DNA of 38,196 nucleotides from Proteromonas lacertae (GCA_002245135.1 NGBS01001216.1:1-38196); one strand, 5' to 3'; counted from the first letter of the stretch, positions 23,235-37,639 are shown. A program made the numbers and translations. Notes: generated from the sequence alone by a model not told the origin.

Positions 23235-26200
23235 CTATTTTTATTAATTTTACCTTCGGCAATTCTTTCTTTTCTTCTTCTGATATTCCTTCTAAGTTTA
23301 TTCTCCCAATTGTTGAAAATGTTTTTAAAAATGATTTAATTCTATTTTATCTATATTTTCTTTGACTGTTATTGCTAATTCATCTAAATATTCAAACACA
23401 TGTTTGTTTTCCTTCATTAATTTCAATTCTGTTATATCTAATTTGTTTCCTGATATATTTATCTTCTTTATTTTTTTATACTCTTTTAAACACTTAATTA
23501 ATATTGTTATTCCTTTTTCACTTATTCCAGTATCTATTCAATAATAATATTTACAAAATACTTGATATATTTAAAGATGTTGGATTAGGACTTACAAATT
23601 TATCTATATATTTACAGATTATCTCTATTCCTTCATCTCCAATATCATTATTGTATATTGTTATACATTCTACATCTTCTGGTAAGGAATCTGTTAATTC
23701 TTTTAATCCTCTACAGCTGATATGATTATTGGATAAATCAATTTCTCTATAACCAATCTGTTTAATCAATGAGATGTGAGAATCATTCAGATTCATATCT
23801 GTTTTATTAAAATATAGATAATATACCTGAAAAATTATATCTTCTATTATCAGAATATTTTATTCCCTTTTTAATACAATAATCCAAATAATATTCCAAT
23901 TCTTCATTTGTCCATGATGGACATTTCATTTCTATAAATGGATATTCTTTATTTTCTAACGATTTTGAACAAATTGCTTTTAATACATTTATTTTGATAT
24001 TACTTCCATTTAGATTCATTGTATCATATCTTTTAAATAAATCTATTTTATTTGTTAATAATACTACACTTTCATCGTCTATTGACATACTACTCAAATT
24101 CATTTTATAAGGATGACAATCTATTAATATCTGTAAACTGTTTAACAATAATTTAAAACCATTATTACAAATTGCGTTGTCTAATCAACAAAAATGAAAC
24201 ATAATAAAAATATACTATGAATGTTTAAATGCACAATGTCATCAATCACTTTAACATAATTCATCAAATATTCTATTCCATATGCATCTATGTTATTATC
24301 ACTTATATCAAGCTTGATCTTTTCATGAATATTCTTTAAACCATCTAATAAATATATTAATCCTATTGAAGATAATCCCATCTCTATTTTAACATCATAT
24401 AACATCACTATACTTGAACAATTAATGCTATTATAATTCTTTAATAAATGTATATGTGGAGATAATATTTTCATTCCTTCATCTCCTATTTCATTTCCAT
24501 TTAATCTAAGATAATAAAGATGTGGAAATGAAGATAAATTGTTAATCAGTATTTCAACACTTTTATATGTTAGTTTATTATCTAAAAAATATAAAAAATA
24601 TCAAATTATACTACTTAAATTTATCTCTTTTACTTCTCCAAATTCATTTGATCTTAAAGAAATGAAGGATTTGAAAATATCATCATCAATTTCTAAATTA
24701 CTCAAATTCACTTTTGTTGATATGAATTAATTCTGGTATATTTTTATCAATCAAAATTCTCCCAATTAAAATCAAATTCTATCTTTGAAATTGGAAATTT
24801 AGAGAATAAAGCTTGTAATCCTTTTGAATGGATATCATCGTTACGCTGCATATATATATTATTAATATTTGGATATTTATATAATTCTTCTGATAATAAC
24901 AGCATTGATTCATCATTTAATCTCATTTCTCTAAGATTCAATTCGTTATCTTTGTTGATTAATAAATGTAAATATGGAAGTAACAATTTAAATCCTTTTA
25001 AGGCCAATTGGATTACCTATTTTATAATAATAAATACTTAAAGTACTTTCAATAAATATGTATTCCAGTTTCATCATTAATGGAATTGATTTAACAAATG
25101 TCTCAATAAAATGATTACTAAGGTTATTGTATAAAAATAGATTATCTGTAGATTTGAAAATTGAGAAAAATAAGAACCAAATAATGACTGAAAATTAATT
25201 GGAATATAAAATCCATCAGAACCATCTAATGATAAAAACTATTAGATATATACCAAAGACAAGATTTGTTGGATCTATTAACTTCACCACACTAAAGAAA
25301 TAATTCATCCCTTCTTCACATACACACATGCATTTTGAATTAATTGTCATCATTTTAACGAAAGTTGGAATTTTAATATTTAATATCTCTTTATCCAAAT
25401 AACATTCCCTTCCTTCTTTACATTGATGATGAATTTGATACTTCAGTTTATCTTTTATTGATTTATCTTTTTTGTATATTTTTATCATCAATAATATTGA
25501 TAATACTCTTTATTAGGTTTATTATTGTATGATTTTATTAAATCATTTCTTATTTTTTCCCATTTATTACTTTGAACATAATATTCTGACGGATACATTA
25601 TTGGAAACATTATACTATCTTTGTCGTTGTTAAATAATAACTCTTTTCTTTCATTTAATATCATCAAATTATTATTATTTTCTTCACTATATAATATCCA
25701 TTTCACTTTTATTATTTCTTTTCTCAGCTCTTTTACACTCATTCTATCTTCAGTTTTCACTTTTAACATTCTTTCTATCATTTCTTTCATCACTTCATCA
25801 TATTTCACATCAAAAAGGTATTTGGATATGAGAATATTGTTTATGGTCTTAAACATATCATTATCTTCATTAAATGGTAATTTCTTACAAATCATTTCAT
25901 ATAATATACATCCAATTGACCAAATCACACTTTTATCATTACATCATATCCATTCAGTTCTTCTGGGCTTTGAAATTCACATCATACAATCTCATATCTT
26001 CATCTTTTCTCCAATACATTCAAGAATAAATCACATAACTTTATACTACTATCATCTATTATTACATTGGAACTCTTTAAACTATCAACTACTAAATCAT
26101 ATTCATTCAATATCATTATAATATCACATATACTACATATCATATAACAAATATCACCACTTGTTAAGGATCCACTATGGATTATCTCTTCTAAATCTCT

Positions 26201-26523
26201 ATCATAATAGTATCTCTCTAATATCATCATTTTACTACTTATTCGATGTACTTGTGATGGATAAGCGAAGCATGAACAACAATCTGACAAGAAACTGATT
26301 CTAGCACAAAATTTTAATATTTTCTTTTCTTTAATATCACCAGCGTTGAAGATTTTTACAACATTTGTATTACTTTTTTGTTTTATTAACAATTCTTCCT
26401 CATTTTTACTCTTTTCTACTCTTTCTTTAACCTATTACATAACAATGCAGTCACATATACTTCTACATTCAATTTATATTTCAAGATCTTTTCTATTTCA
26501 CAATTTTGATAGAAATATGACAT
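23235..26523 (-). CDS. Pseudokinase-LRR, copy 3, many frameshifts (probably consensus errors)
   Basis: Same sequence as copy 2 apart from numerous, mostly 1-nt, indels that fragment the ORFs. Confidence 0.7.
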
Positions 26524-26574
26524 TTTTTAATAGATTCGTTTTGATTATTCTTGGGGAAATTTAGGGTGCGAAAA

Positions 26575-27207
26575 ATGATGATATTTATTAAAACTAAATT
26601 CCAATTTAATCAACAACACAACAACCACTATAAAGACACCGATAGTTCACCTATTTATGATAAAAACAACAACAATAATAATAAACAGATAACAAATGAA
26701 TTAATCAATAGTGCAACGCAGAAGGATCCTAAGACAGGTATAAAGAATATACCATTCAAAGCACCACAAGCAATATCGATTAACAATATGAGTTATAATC
26801 CAATCACTCAGATGTGGGAAGGAAATGAAGATGATGAAGAAATATTAGAATTTGATGAAATTATCAATGAAACTACTGGTAGTAACAAAAATAAAAAGAA
26901 AAAAACAAAGAAAGAAAAGATTAATGATTTATCACCTTTTCACTTAACTCTAACCGAAGAAATAATCATCAAGAGAAGAGCTCGACAACATCTAGTAGAC
27001 TTAAAATACCCTAAACATGGAGTAGAAGCTAGATTGATAGCTAATACAGTGAAATCTAAAAGAATTTCTGAATCAACACCGACATGTCCTATTACTGTAT
27101 CTAGACAGTATGATGCTCGTCCTGACTTGTTTATTATTAGAGATATGGCTGTACAGAGAGTAGCTTTAGATAATAATAAAATGGAAGAGATGATGAGTAA
27201 AAAATGA
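26575..27207 (+). CDS. Byr4/Bfa1-motif protein, copy 3
   Basis: Continuous ORF (26551-27207) containing MSYNPITQMWEGNE. Confidence 0.55.
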   Translation: MMIFIKTKFQFNQQHNNHYKDTDSSPIYDKNNNNNNKQITNELINSATQKDPKTGIKNIPFKAPQAISINNMSYNPITQMWEGNEDDEEILEFDEIINETTGSNKNKKKKTKKEKINDLSPFHLTLTEEIIIKRRARQHLVDLKYPKHGVEARLIANTVKSKRISESTPTCPITVSRQYDARPDLFIIRDMAVQRVALDNNKMEEMMSKK

Positions 27208-27394
27208 TTATTATTAGTAAAATCTATTTTATATAAACATATATATGTGTGATAATTTAACAAAATGTTCTTTATTTCATTCATTTATGCATTAGGGATC
27301 AAATATAAAAAATAACATAAATTCAGAAAATAACACTAAAAAATGAGGGGGAAAACATATAAATATTTCTAATATCCCTTTTTAATACTTATTC

Positions 27395-28117
<723 letters not shown>

Positions 28118-28311
28118 CTACAATTGTTATTGTGATTTTAATAATAGTTAATTTCTCAACATTTATCTCTTAAAAATAGAAATTTTAGAATTTGTATATT
28201 TATAACAATAAACATATGTTAAATGTAGTGATAGTTTTTTTAAGAATAAATGTATATAAACAATATATAATCAAAGTAGTAATAATAGTTTATATTTAAA
28301 AAAATATTTAT

Positions 28312-29138
28312 TTATTTATCCTCATATTTTTCTACAATAATGGATAAAATTGTTGGTATAATTACCTTTAACTTGTCAATATTCGGGAATCCTTGAAAAT
28401 GTAGTATATAAGAAAATGATGGATATATCTCTATGGGTAAAATGGATCTATATATTTTTTAATCAAATCGTATGTGGTGTCATCCTCAACAAGCGTTTTG
28501 TCGATATAAATTCTTTCGATTCCATTATATTTCATACTTGCAATTCCATAACAGCTGGTAGTTGAAAATGAATGGAAATTTTGATGATTAATGTTCTGTT
28601 CAATCCCATTGATGAATAACTTGCAGTGTATGTGATTATTTTTCACATACTCTCTCATAATTATTTCAATCAATAATTGTTCCTCTAATAGATCTAACGG
28701 TTGATCTAAATCAATATTGAGTTTAAGTTCAAACCTACCAGGGGTTGAACTGAAGTTGAGTACATCATCACTGATCTGATGATCAGAAGATATCTTCTAC
28801 AAAGAATATATAAATTATACCTTCTCATATGAAGCACCATTTTTGTTTACTATAATTTTACCTTTTTTTAATGGAATTTTATCGTACACACTTGTTGATA
28901 TACCTATTACTACTCCTATTGATTAAAATTATACATATTTTTATACTATCATCTTTAACACTTATTTCTCCATCATTCCAATTCATGTATACTCTAATAT
29001 TTCTAGCTCCACTTTTTATACTATCTATTAACACTAATGTGAAGGATATATAACAAATCTACGTTCTTCTACAATTTTATTATATGAAGTAATTGTTGTG
29101 CTTGTTCTTACATTGACTGATGAGTTAGTATCATTCAT
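28312..29138 (-). CDS. Hypothetical multi-exon protein, copy 3
   Basis: As copy 1, with a homopolymer frameshift at ~28455. Confidence 0.45.
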
Positions 29139-29253
29139 TTTACTTTATAACAGGAGAAGAAATTGAAAGACAAAAAAGCTTGTTCAGCTTGATCACTAAT
29201 TTTAAAATAAGCTTGACTTATTGTTTGAATTTCTTCATTATTTGTGCAATTCA

Positions 29254-30796
29254 ATTAAAACAAATTCATAAAATTATAAAGATTATAAATATTTTGAATA
29301 AAAATAAATTAATTGAGGGATTGATGTATGAATTTTTGAGTTCTCTCCAATGAAGTTAATAGTACAATCATCAAACACTTGTATGGATAAATTATATCTG
29401 TTTTTATTCATTTCTCCATTACAAATCTTTAATCTCTTAGAAGGACTTATTTGTATATTTTGTTTTATGCTGTTTATGATTGTTACTAACTTTAATATTA
29501 CTCTCTGATAATTGATTAATTTGTTTGGGTAATATTTTTATGTTTTTTGGCTTTTCTTTTACGATTATCTTTTTTGTTTCTTTTCATTTGTTTTACTTTG
29601 ATCTAGTTTATCCTGCTGGGATTTAAATTCTGACATTATTAATGGAATTAATTCAGGATAATTATTTACATAAAATTGATATTCTATATGATTTCTTTTT
29701 TTATCCAAATCAGCTAAATCTAAATACATCTGTTTATCAATTGCCTTTAATTTGTTCCAGGATTTTTTAACACTTTTATTGATTGCATTCTGGTCAATTA
29801 AATCAACATTACATTCTCTATTTAGCTCATACTCTTTATAATATTTTTCATAATGTTCAAATGGAGTTAATGATGGTGTTATGGTATTTTCTAGTTTATA
29901 TTTATACTTACAACAGTTTTAAATGTATGAAATAAGAATAAAATCTTGAATAATGTTAATCTCAGTATAATGCGAAGTAAAACAGTAATGAAATATGAAA
30001 TGATCATTACTATTTGTAATTACATTATATGAACTATTCTGTTCATCAAATAACCTATTATTTCCAACTATTTCTAACAATGATTTGGACTTTCTATCAA
30101 AACCATTTGTTTTATTGATAATTAATGACCATATTTTCATTAAATCATCTGAAGGCTTTTTTCTATATTTCTGTAGGTAAAGTAATATAAATTAGATTGT
30201 AATTCACAAACAGTATACTCATTATTTTGATTATGGACTATTTTACACACTCTACTTCCATCAGATAATATTATAGTGAAATTAATATCATCATAATAGG
30301 ATTTTACTAATTAGTATAAGAATTTAACAAATACATATTTGAATATATTCATCATAACTCAATTTTCCATCTGAAAATTTGTAACGAATTGAATTGCTTG
30401 ATATAAGTAAACTGTTAACTTGGACTTCCATAATTAGAATAACAAACACTCCATTTTTACCCAATCCAACCGATTTTGATTTGTTAATGATTATCTATAA
30501 AATAATATAACAATTAAAATGCTCATTATGCTTGTTCTATATTAAAAATCAGACAATGATCTTCATTTGACTGTTTGGAGCTTAAATCGGTATACAATAT
30601 TTGATACTCAACTGAATTATTAAAATTAAAGTTTAAAAACACTGAGTCCATAAGTGTAGAGCTTAGTTTAAGAAAAAAGAATTTTGATGGTAATTTAGTC
30701 AATTTGACATTTAATTACATTTTCATATTTTTGTCTTATCTCGGTTGTTTTCAATGATTATTAAAAGTGAAACTTGTAAAAATGAAGGGTATATAT
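29254..30796 (+). repeat. ~1.5-kb direct repeat, copy B
   Basis: Aligns with 8102-9618; here it continues into the complete BTB gene. Confidence 0.95.
29283..30651 (-). CDS. HMG-box protein gene, copy B (HMG box in frame; C-terminus shortened)
   Basis: Same HMG motif at ~29670-29880; retains the 38 nt lost in copy A. An 8-nt deletion near 29475 gives an earlier stop at 29439-29437. Confidence 0.7.
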
Positions 30797-32561
30797 ACAT
30801 TATCGGCTGTAATTATGTTTTTATTAGATTAATTCGAGAAGCTGTAAAATGTGGCTTTGGTGATTTGAGAGTGATAGTAGAAAATGAAGAAATAAAAACA
30901 TTTAAATTTATTCTCTATGTATGTAATGAAACATTCAGAAAATTATTTGATGATCCTCTCTTCGAAGAACCATTGAAGTTGTATGATGAGTGTAGTAAAG
31001 AAAGTTTCTTGATGTTGGAAAGATATTATCAAGGTATAGAAATTGAGATAACTGAAAAGAATTGTGTAGATCTATTAGCTATCTGTGTGTGCTATAATGA
31101 AAACAAGATTATTAGTGCATTAAATGATTATGTAATAAATCATTTAAATGAAAGCATTGTTGTTGATTTATTAAGTAAAAAGAGATATTAAGAAGTGAAA
31201 ATTTGAAGGAATTGAAAGAAGAATTTAAATATTTCTTAAAGAATGAGAATTACAAAATAGTGAAAAATGAGTTATTAAATTACATATCCATTGACAATCT
31301 TGCGCAGTTATTTTCATTAGGAGTAATGTTTAATGGAAGTGAAGTTGAATTATTGAGATTATTGATTGGCTATTATAACCACAATTTAAACAATTCAAAA
31401 GTAGAAGAAGAAATGAAGAGAATAATCGAGAGATGTAGTTTTGATCCAAAATTACAAAATGAGTTAAATGATGAAGAAAAGAAGGCATTAAACAATTTAA
31501 ACATCTCTCTTAATGTAAATGCAAATGAAAAATATTCTATTCGATATTATTCTCTTCCAGAAGTAAAGAATGTGTATTTTTATGATTTCTTAATGCATTA
31601 TAATCCTGAAGAAGATATTCCAGAAATATTATTTAATAGTATATAATATTGTTGTAATTTCATATAGAATCTCACTTAGTCTTATTAAAGAGTGAAGATA
31701 TTTCAAGTGATATTGATAAACTATTGAAAGAAGGTAATATAAGAATTATTATGTTAATATTGCAGTTATATGATGGCTTATATATGAAATTTGATGCAGA
31801 TAAATATTCTATGATTTTAGATATTATTCTTAATACTTATACAAACATTAATAATGAAGATAAACGAATGTTGTTGATGATGCAAATAAAAAAATTCATT
31901 ACTGATGATGATGATGAAAAGAATGATGTAGTATTTGAAAAGGTGAAAGAAAAATGTGGAATAGTTTTGTTGTATAAGTTATTAAAAGATGAAAAGATCT
32001 TAGGTTATAAAAGATATTCATCATTATTGAAGTATATGCATAAATTTAGGTTAGATGATGCTGAGTGTAGATTATTAGATTCAACAGTGGAAGATGAAGA
32101 AACAAAGAAAAAGATAAAATGTATTGATATTCATTAACACATTATTATATCATAGATCATAAATTAAAATCAATATCTTATTCTGATGATCGAAAAATTA
32201 TAATGGAGATTGTTGGTATTCTTCTTGTAGTCATGAATTAAACTGTAAGTTTATAATTGGAGATAAAATTGATTTAAAACCAATAATTGATAATATTATT
32301 GATGTTGAGAGTATAACAATTGAACCTGGTATAATAACTAGTTTTATATATTTATACTTCATTTTAGAACTTCCCTCTGGATTGTCGTTTGATCAAAACA
32401 CTGGAATTGTAAGCGGAAAAGCTAGTGAATGCATTACTAAGAAGTATACAATAGCAATTAAGAATGTGCATGGTTCAAAAAAAGTAAAAATTGACCTTAC
32501 TATCAAAGAAAAAATGAAGATAATAAATCTAGTGCAAAAAGGTATAGATTTTTTTAAATAA
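30754..32561 (+). CDS. BTB/POZ-BACK protein with C-terminal He_PIG-type Ig-like domain
   Basis: GDLRVIVENEEIKTFKFILYVCNETFRKLF...SFLMLERYYQGIEIEITEKNCVDLL (BTB); C-terminal ITIEPELPSGLSFDQNTGIVSG...YTIAIKNVHGS (He_PIG pattern). Introns at 30789-30827, 31639-31667, 32121-32155 and 32329-32367; apparent homopolymer frameshift at ~31180. Confidence 0.8.
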
Positions 32562-33134
32562 TACAACAATTACCCTGTTTTAACTGAAATAATTTCATAA
32601 ATTTAACCATATTTTATTAGTATCATCATAACTCATAACCATCACTTTATATACTTCAATATATTTTTATGAAGCATAAATGCATTGTAATTTAAACATG
32701 CCTTTGATTTTTAAAGAGTTTAATAGAAATATATTCGTTTCACATTTTTTAATTTTCGAATTATGTGTTACACAAAGTACTTAAAATTTACTCAGTTATT
32801 GAACAATGATCAATTTATAAGAAGAAAACAATTTGTTATGATTGAGAACATAAATAAACTGTATATATGAAATACCTAAACAAATACTTGTTATGTGGTT
32901 ATTGAATATAATTCTGATATAAAAAATATCATTATATGATAAATAATAGCGCATTCATATGTATATATACTAATTGCAGATTTCAACCTTTGCTAGTTGA
33001 TATGAGCTGAATATCAATCAATATAATAATTACAATGTGTATATCAAAAATATAATATTAATTAATCTATAACTTGATGTTAATCACTGTAATTAATGAA
33101 AGAAAGAAGGAAAATAAAATCAATATTCTTATAA

Positions 33135-33650
33135 ATGGCAAGATGGCACTCGAGAATTAGAAGGCTTATTAACAAAAAGAGGATAAGTTATTTATGTCAT
33201 AGCTGTCGCGGTATAACATATGACCTTCCAAGAAATAAATGGATAAAAATGTTTAAAGAGATAGAAAAAACAGGAAATATTTCACAAGTTGCAAGAGTAA
33301 ATTGCATAGTAAGACAAACATTGTCTAAAAAATACAATGATTATGTTAAAAAGCAAATAGATCCAACTGAAGATACTCGGGGTTATTGTAAAAAGATATT
33401 CAGCAAAAGGGAGGAATTGGTTATATTTGATGCATTATGGAATTTTGGATTGGAATATGGATTTGAAACAGCATTTTCATATGATGCTTTATTAGCAGCT
33501 GCAAAATATGAGTACGAAATACTATCGACAAAAAGAGAGATGTTACCGTTTGATGGTTCTGTTGGATGGTGTAATAACTTTAAAACTAGGCATGGGATAC
33601 ATACTATAAATGGCAATAAAAACTATTACCAGTGGGAAGTGATGTTTTAA
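33135..33650 (+). CDS. CENP-B/pogo-Tc5-type double-HTH DNA-binding protein without a DDE domain
   Basis: GNISQVARVNCIVRQTLSKKY (psq-like HTH), IFSKREELVI, FDGSVGWCNNFKTRHGI (Tc5 HTH signature F..S.GW...FK.RH); intronless; ends after the second HTH. Confidence 0.8.
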   Translation: MARWHSRIRRLINKKRISYLCHSCRGITYDLPRNKWIKMFKEIEKTGNISQVARVNCIVRQTLSKKYNDYVKKQIDPTEDTRGYCKKIFSKREELVIFDALWNFGLEYGFETAFSYDALLAAAKYEYEILSTKREMLPFDGSVGWCNNFKTRHGIHTINGNKNYYQWEVMF

Positions 33651-33943
33651 AATAATGATATAATTTCTTATTCTAGTAATTTGTTGTGTTGTTCATACTG
33701 AAATCTTGTTTGTATAAACATATAAAAAAGAAAATCTCTTAATACACAAATAAAAATGCTTAAGCTATATAATTACATTATAATTATTGATTTAATGCTT
33801 TAATTTGTAATGTAATAGAAATAGAAATCAATTAAAAGTATAATAGTGAGTTATATGTTGTAATATAGAAATTCATAACAAATTACAATATAAATAAATA
33901 TAATTAATAAAATACATTAATTTATAAACCTACTATTCCTTTC

Positions 33944-34217
33944 TTATTTTGATTCAAGTAGTTTTTCAGTATCAAGTATTAATTCACTTATAGAATCTTT
34001 TCTACCTTCCACTAATTTAGTCTTCTTCATTTCTTCACAGTTATTCTTAGTATCTAATCCTAAACTTTCTAAATCTTTATCAAGAGTTGTTCTTTTTCTA
34101 TCTTGGTCTTTCTTTTCTTCTTCATTCTTTTCATCTTTTTTCTCTTCTTTAGATTCTTCATTCTTCTCATTTTTATCTACAGCTACATTAATAATTTTTT
34201 GTTTTGTTTTGGGTCAT
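33944..34217 (-). CDS. Small K/E/D-rich hypothetical protein
   Basis: Open frame VAVDKNEKNEESKEEKK...ILDTEKLLESK*. ATG 34217 joins it only if an A-run indel at ~34196 is corrected. Confidence 0.4.
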
Positions 34218-34314
34218 GAATATATACAAATGATTATATGGGAAAAGCTTATTAGTCAAAGAAACAAGCATTTTTCTCTTGTGAGAGAAATATAAAACGA
34301 CTCTAATTTCAGAA

Positions 34315-37300
34315 ATGTCATTTTTTTCTCTAAATCGTGATATAGACCAATTATTTGAATATAAAAAACAAAATTGGAAGTATTTGGTGTATTTATATGA
34401 AATAGATAAAAGAAAAGGTCGTAAAGAGTATTAATGAAATAGATTTGGTAGTACAACATCATGATAAAATTAGATGTATGAAAATTCTCAATGTACTGGA
34501 TATAAAAGAAAAGAAGGTATTGAAGTTCTTAGAAAATAACTCCTTAATCTCTGATTGCTGTTTATACTTTGTTTACCCTTCCAAATGAATAAGTACAGTG
34601 AATATATTATACTATCAAGAAAATATTATTTTAGAGATTTAGAAGAGATGATTCACAATAAATGCATATCAAGTGATGATATTTGTAGTATAATATGCTA
34701 TATATGTGATATTTTGATAACATTGAATGAATTTAATTTGCTAGTGAATAATCTGAAGAGTAGTAACATAATATATGAAGATAATAATCACCTAAAGTTA
34801 TGTGATTTATGTTTAAATGTTTTGAGAAAAGTAGAAGGGATAAGATTATATGATATATGCTTTACAAGTCCAGAAGAGTTAAATGGCTTAGAATGTGATA
34901 AAAGAAGTGTGATTTGGTCAATTGGTTGTATATTATTTGAAATGATAAACAAGAAATTACCATTTAATGAAGATGATAATATCTATAAGACTAAAGAAAA
35001 AATATTAAGATTCAAATGCTGCTATCATAAAACCATGATAATATAATGAAAATAATGATAGAGAAAATGTTAAAAGTGAAAAATGAAGATAGATTGAGTT
35101 TAAAAGAGTTGAAAAAGAAATGATAAAAATAAGTGAAATATTAAAAGATGAGAATAGGATTATAATGATATGCAAAGAAAGAAAAGAAATGTTATACAAT
35201 AATGACGATGCAATTATCACGTTTCCAATAATGTATCCACCAGAGTATTATCTTCATAGTTATAAATGTGTGGAAATTTGTAATAGATTGATAAAATCAT
35301 ACAATTATAAAGCTAATGAAAAATACTCTCAATATTGTTGATGATGAAAATATACGAAGATAATAAATCAATAGAAGATAAACTGAAATTTCATATTCAT
35401 CATAGATGTAAAGATAATAATGAGTGTTATTTAGATAAAATGATATTTGATATTAAAAACAATTTTAATGATTCTACTATTATTGAAATTTCTACAACAC
35501 ATATTTGTTTTTGTGTAGAAAGTATAAATTATTTGTTCAGATTATTGAAATTAATCAATCCTATAAAACTCAAATTTAGTATAAGTCTAACAAATTATAT
35601 ATTTATAGAAGTTTTATATGAATGTGGTATTGCAATCAAACATCAATCATATTTTGGATCATGTTTTTCTCAATTATTAAATCTACAACGATTAGATTTA
35701 CATTCATGCAACCTTTCTTCTGATTTCATTGAGTTATTTATAGGGTCAATATCATTGATGAAATTAGAATATGTTAATCTATCATGTATTTAATACTATT
35801 TTTATATATTGATATGAAATAGACAATCCAATTGGTCCAAAAGGCTTCAATTATTACTTCCATATTTACACTTGTTAATAAACAATAAGAATGAATTGAA
35901 TCTTAGAGAAATGAACTTAAATGATGAATCAATGATATTATTATCAGAAGAATTATCCAAATATCCAATATCAAGATACTAGATATATGTTGGAATAACA
36001 ACGTTCATTCAAAAGGATTAAAATCTTTATTCTCCAAATTCATATATCAAAAATCAGATATAATTTTAATAGAAAGAATAAAGAAATACTGATTGATAAA
36101 GATATTGGAGAAATAATGAAAATCATTAAATATGGTGAATTAAATGTGAGTGGTTGTGAAATAGATGATAAATTTTTCAAATCATTCATTTCATTAAGAT
36201 CAAATGAATTTGGAGAAATAAAAAGTTAGATTTGAGTAGTATAATTTTACTATATTTTACTATTTAGATAATAGACTAACATACAAGAGCATAGAAATAC
36301 TGATAACAATTTATCTTCATTTACAAATCTTAAAAACTTCATTTGAATGGGAATGAAATAGGAGATTTAGGAATGAATTATTATCTCCATATTTATATTT
36401 ATTACAAACAGATTATTATGTATTGAATTGTTCAAGTATAATAATTATATTATACAATGTGCAATAGAAATGGATTATATTCGAGTGGATTGAATATTTA
36501 TTGGATGGATCAAGGACTGGTTATCAAAATCTCACATATGATATAAGTGATAATATATTGGTTCAGATGGAATAGAATACTTGATGAATTATGTGAAAGA
36601 GAACAGTAATATAAAACAATTAGTCATTCATAGTATTAATATTTATGTGATATATATTTAATAGATAATCCAATCAATAATAATGGATTTAAGCTATTGC
36701 TAAACAATCTACATATATTAATAGATTGTCTTAAAATAAATTTGAGTAACATAACAATAGATAATGAAAGTGTTATACTATTAACAGATAAATTATATTC
36801 ACTTGAAGAATGTTATACAATAAATTTAAATGGAATAACATCAAAATGATGAATTGAAAACAATTTGTACAAATTCATTTGCAATTGGTTTATATCAATA
36901 CAATCCATTTATAGAAATGAAATGTTTATCATGGACAAATGAAGAATTAGAGTATTATTTGAATTATTGTATTAAAAAGAGTAAAAATGGACGTGAAAGA
37001 AATATGATTTTTCAAGTATAATTATAAATTGTAAAATGAAATAACTTAAATCTTAATGATTATCATATTTCACTAATTAAACAGATTGATTACACGAGAC
37101 TTGATTTATCGAATAATCACATTACTTCTAAAGGATTAAAAGAATTAGTAGATTCTTTACCAAAATATGTAGAATATATTTCAATAAATAGAAATCCTAT
37201 CAGAGATGAAGGAGTAGAGATAATCTGTAAACATTTAGCTAAGTTTTATACTAAATATACACTATCATTAAATCTTTCAAGTATTTTTTTATGAATATAA

Positions 37301-37639
37301 TATATTTGAATAGACATTGGAATGAGTGGAAAAGGACTGAAAATGTTAATAGAACAATTAAAAGATTATAAACCATTAAGAAAGATTAACCTATCTGGAA
37401 ATGAATTGGATAAAAGAGAAATGAGATTAATGAAAGAAAATAAAGTAGTATTTGATTGTTTAGATGAATTATCAATAACATTTAAAGAAAATATAGATAA
37501 AACAGAATTAAAATCATTTTTAGAAACATTTTTGATGATTGAAATAATAGAATTAGATGGAATTTCAAAAGAAGAAAAGATAGAACTATCAAAAGAATTT
37601 CATAACGTATGTAAATGTAAAATGCTTATGGAATATTAA
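34315..37639 (+). CDS. Diverged pseudokinase-LRR paralog; many frameshifts (errors or pseudogene)
   Basis: Colinear with copy 1 end to end: LVNNLKSSN, LCDLCL, SPEE, VIWSIGCILFEM, NELNLREM, MKCLSWTNEELEYYL, INLSGNELD; most introns in equivalent positions. Confidence 0.8.

Noticed and set aside
23235..26523. Biological pseudogenisation of unit 3
   Set aside because: Differences are nearly all 1-nt indels with very few substitutions, typical of low-coverage long-read error.
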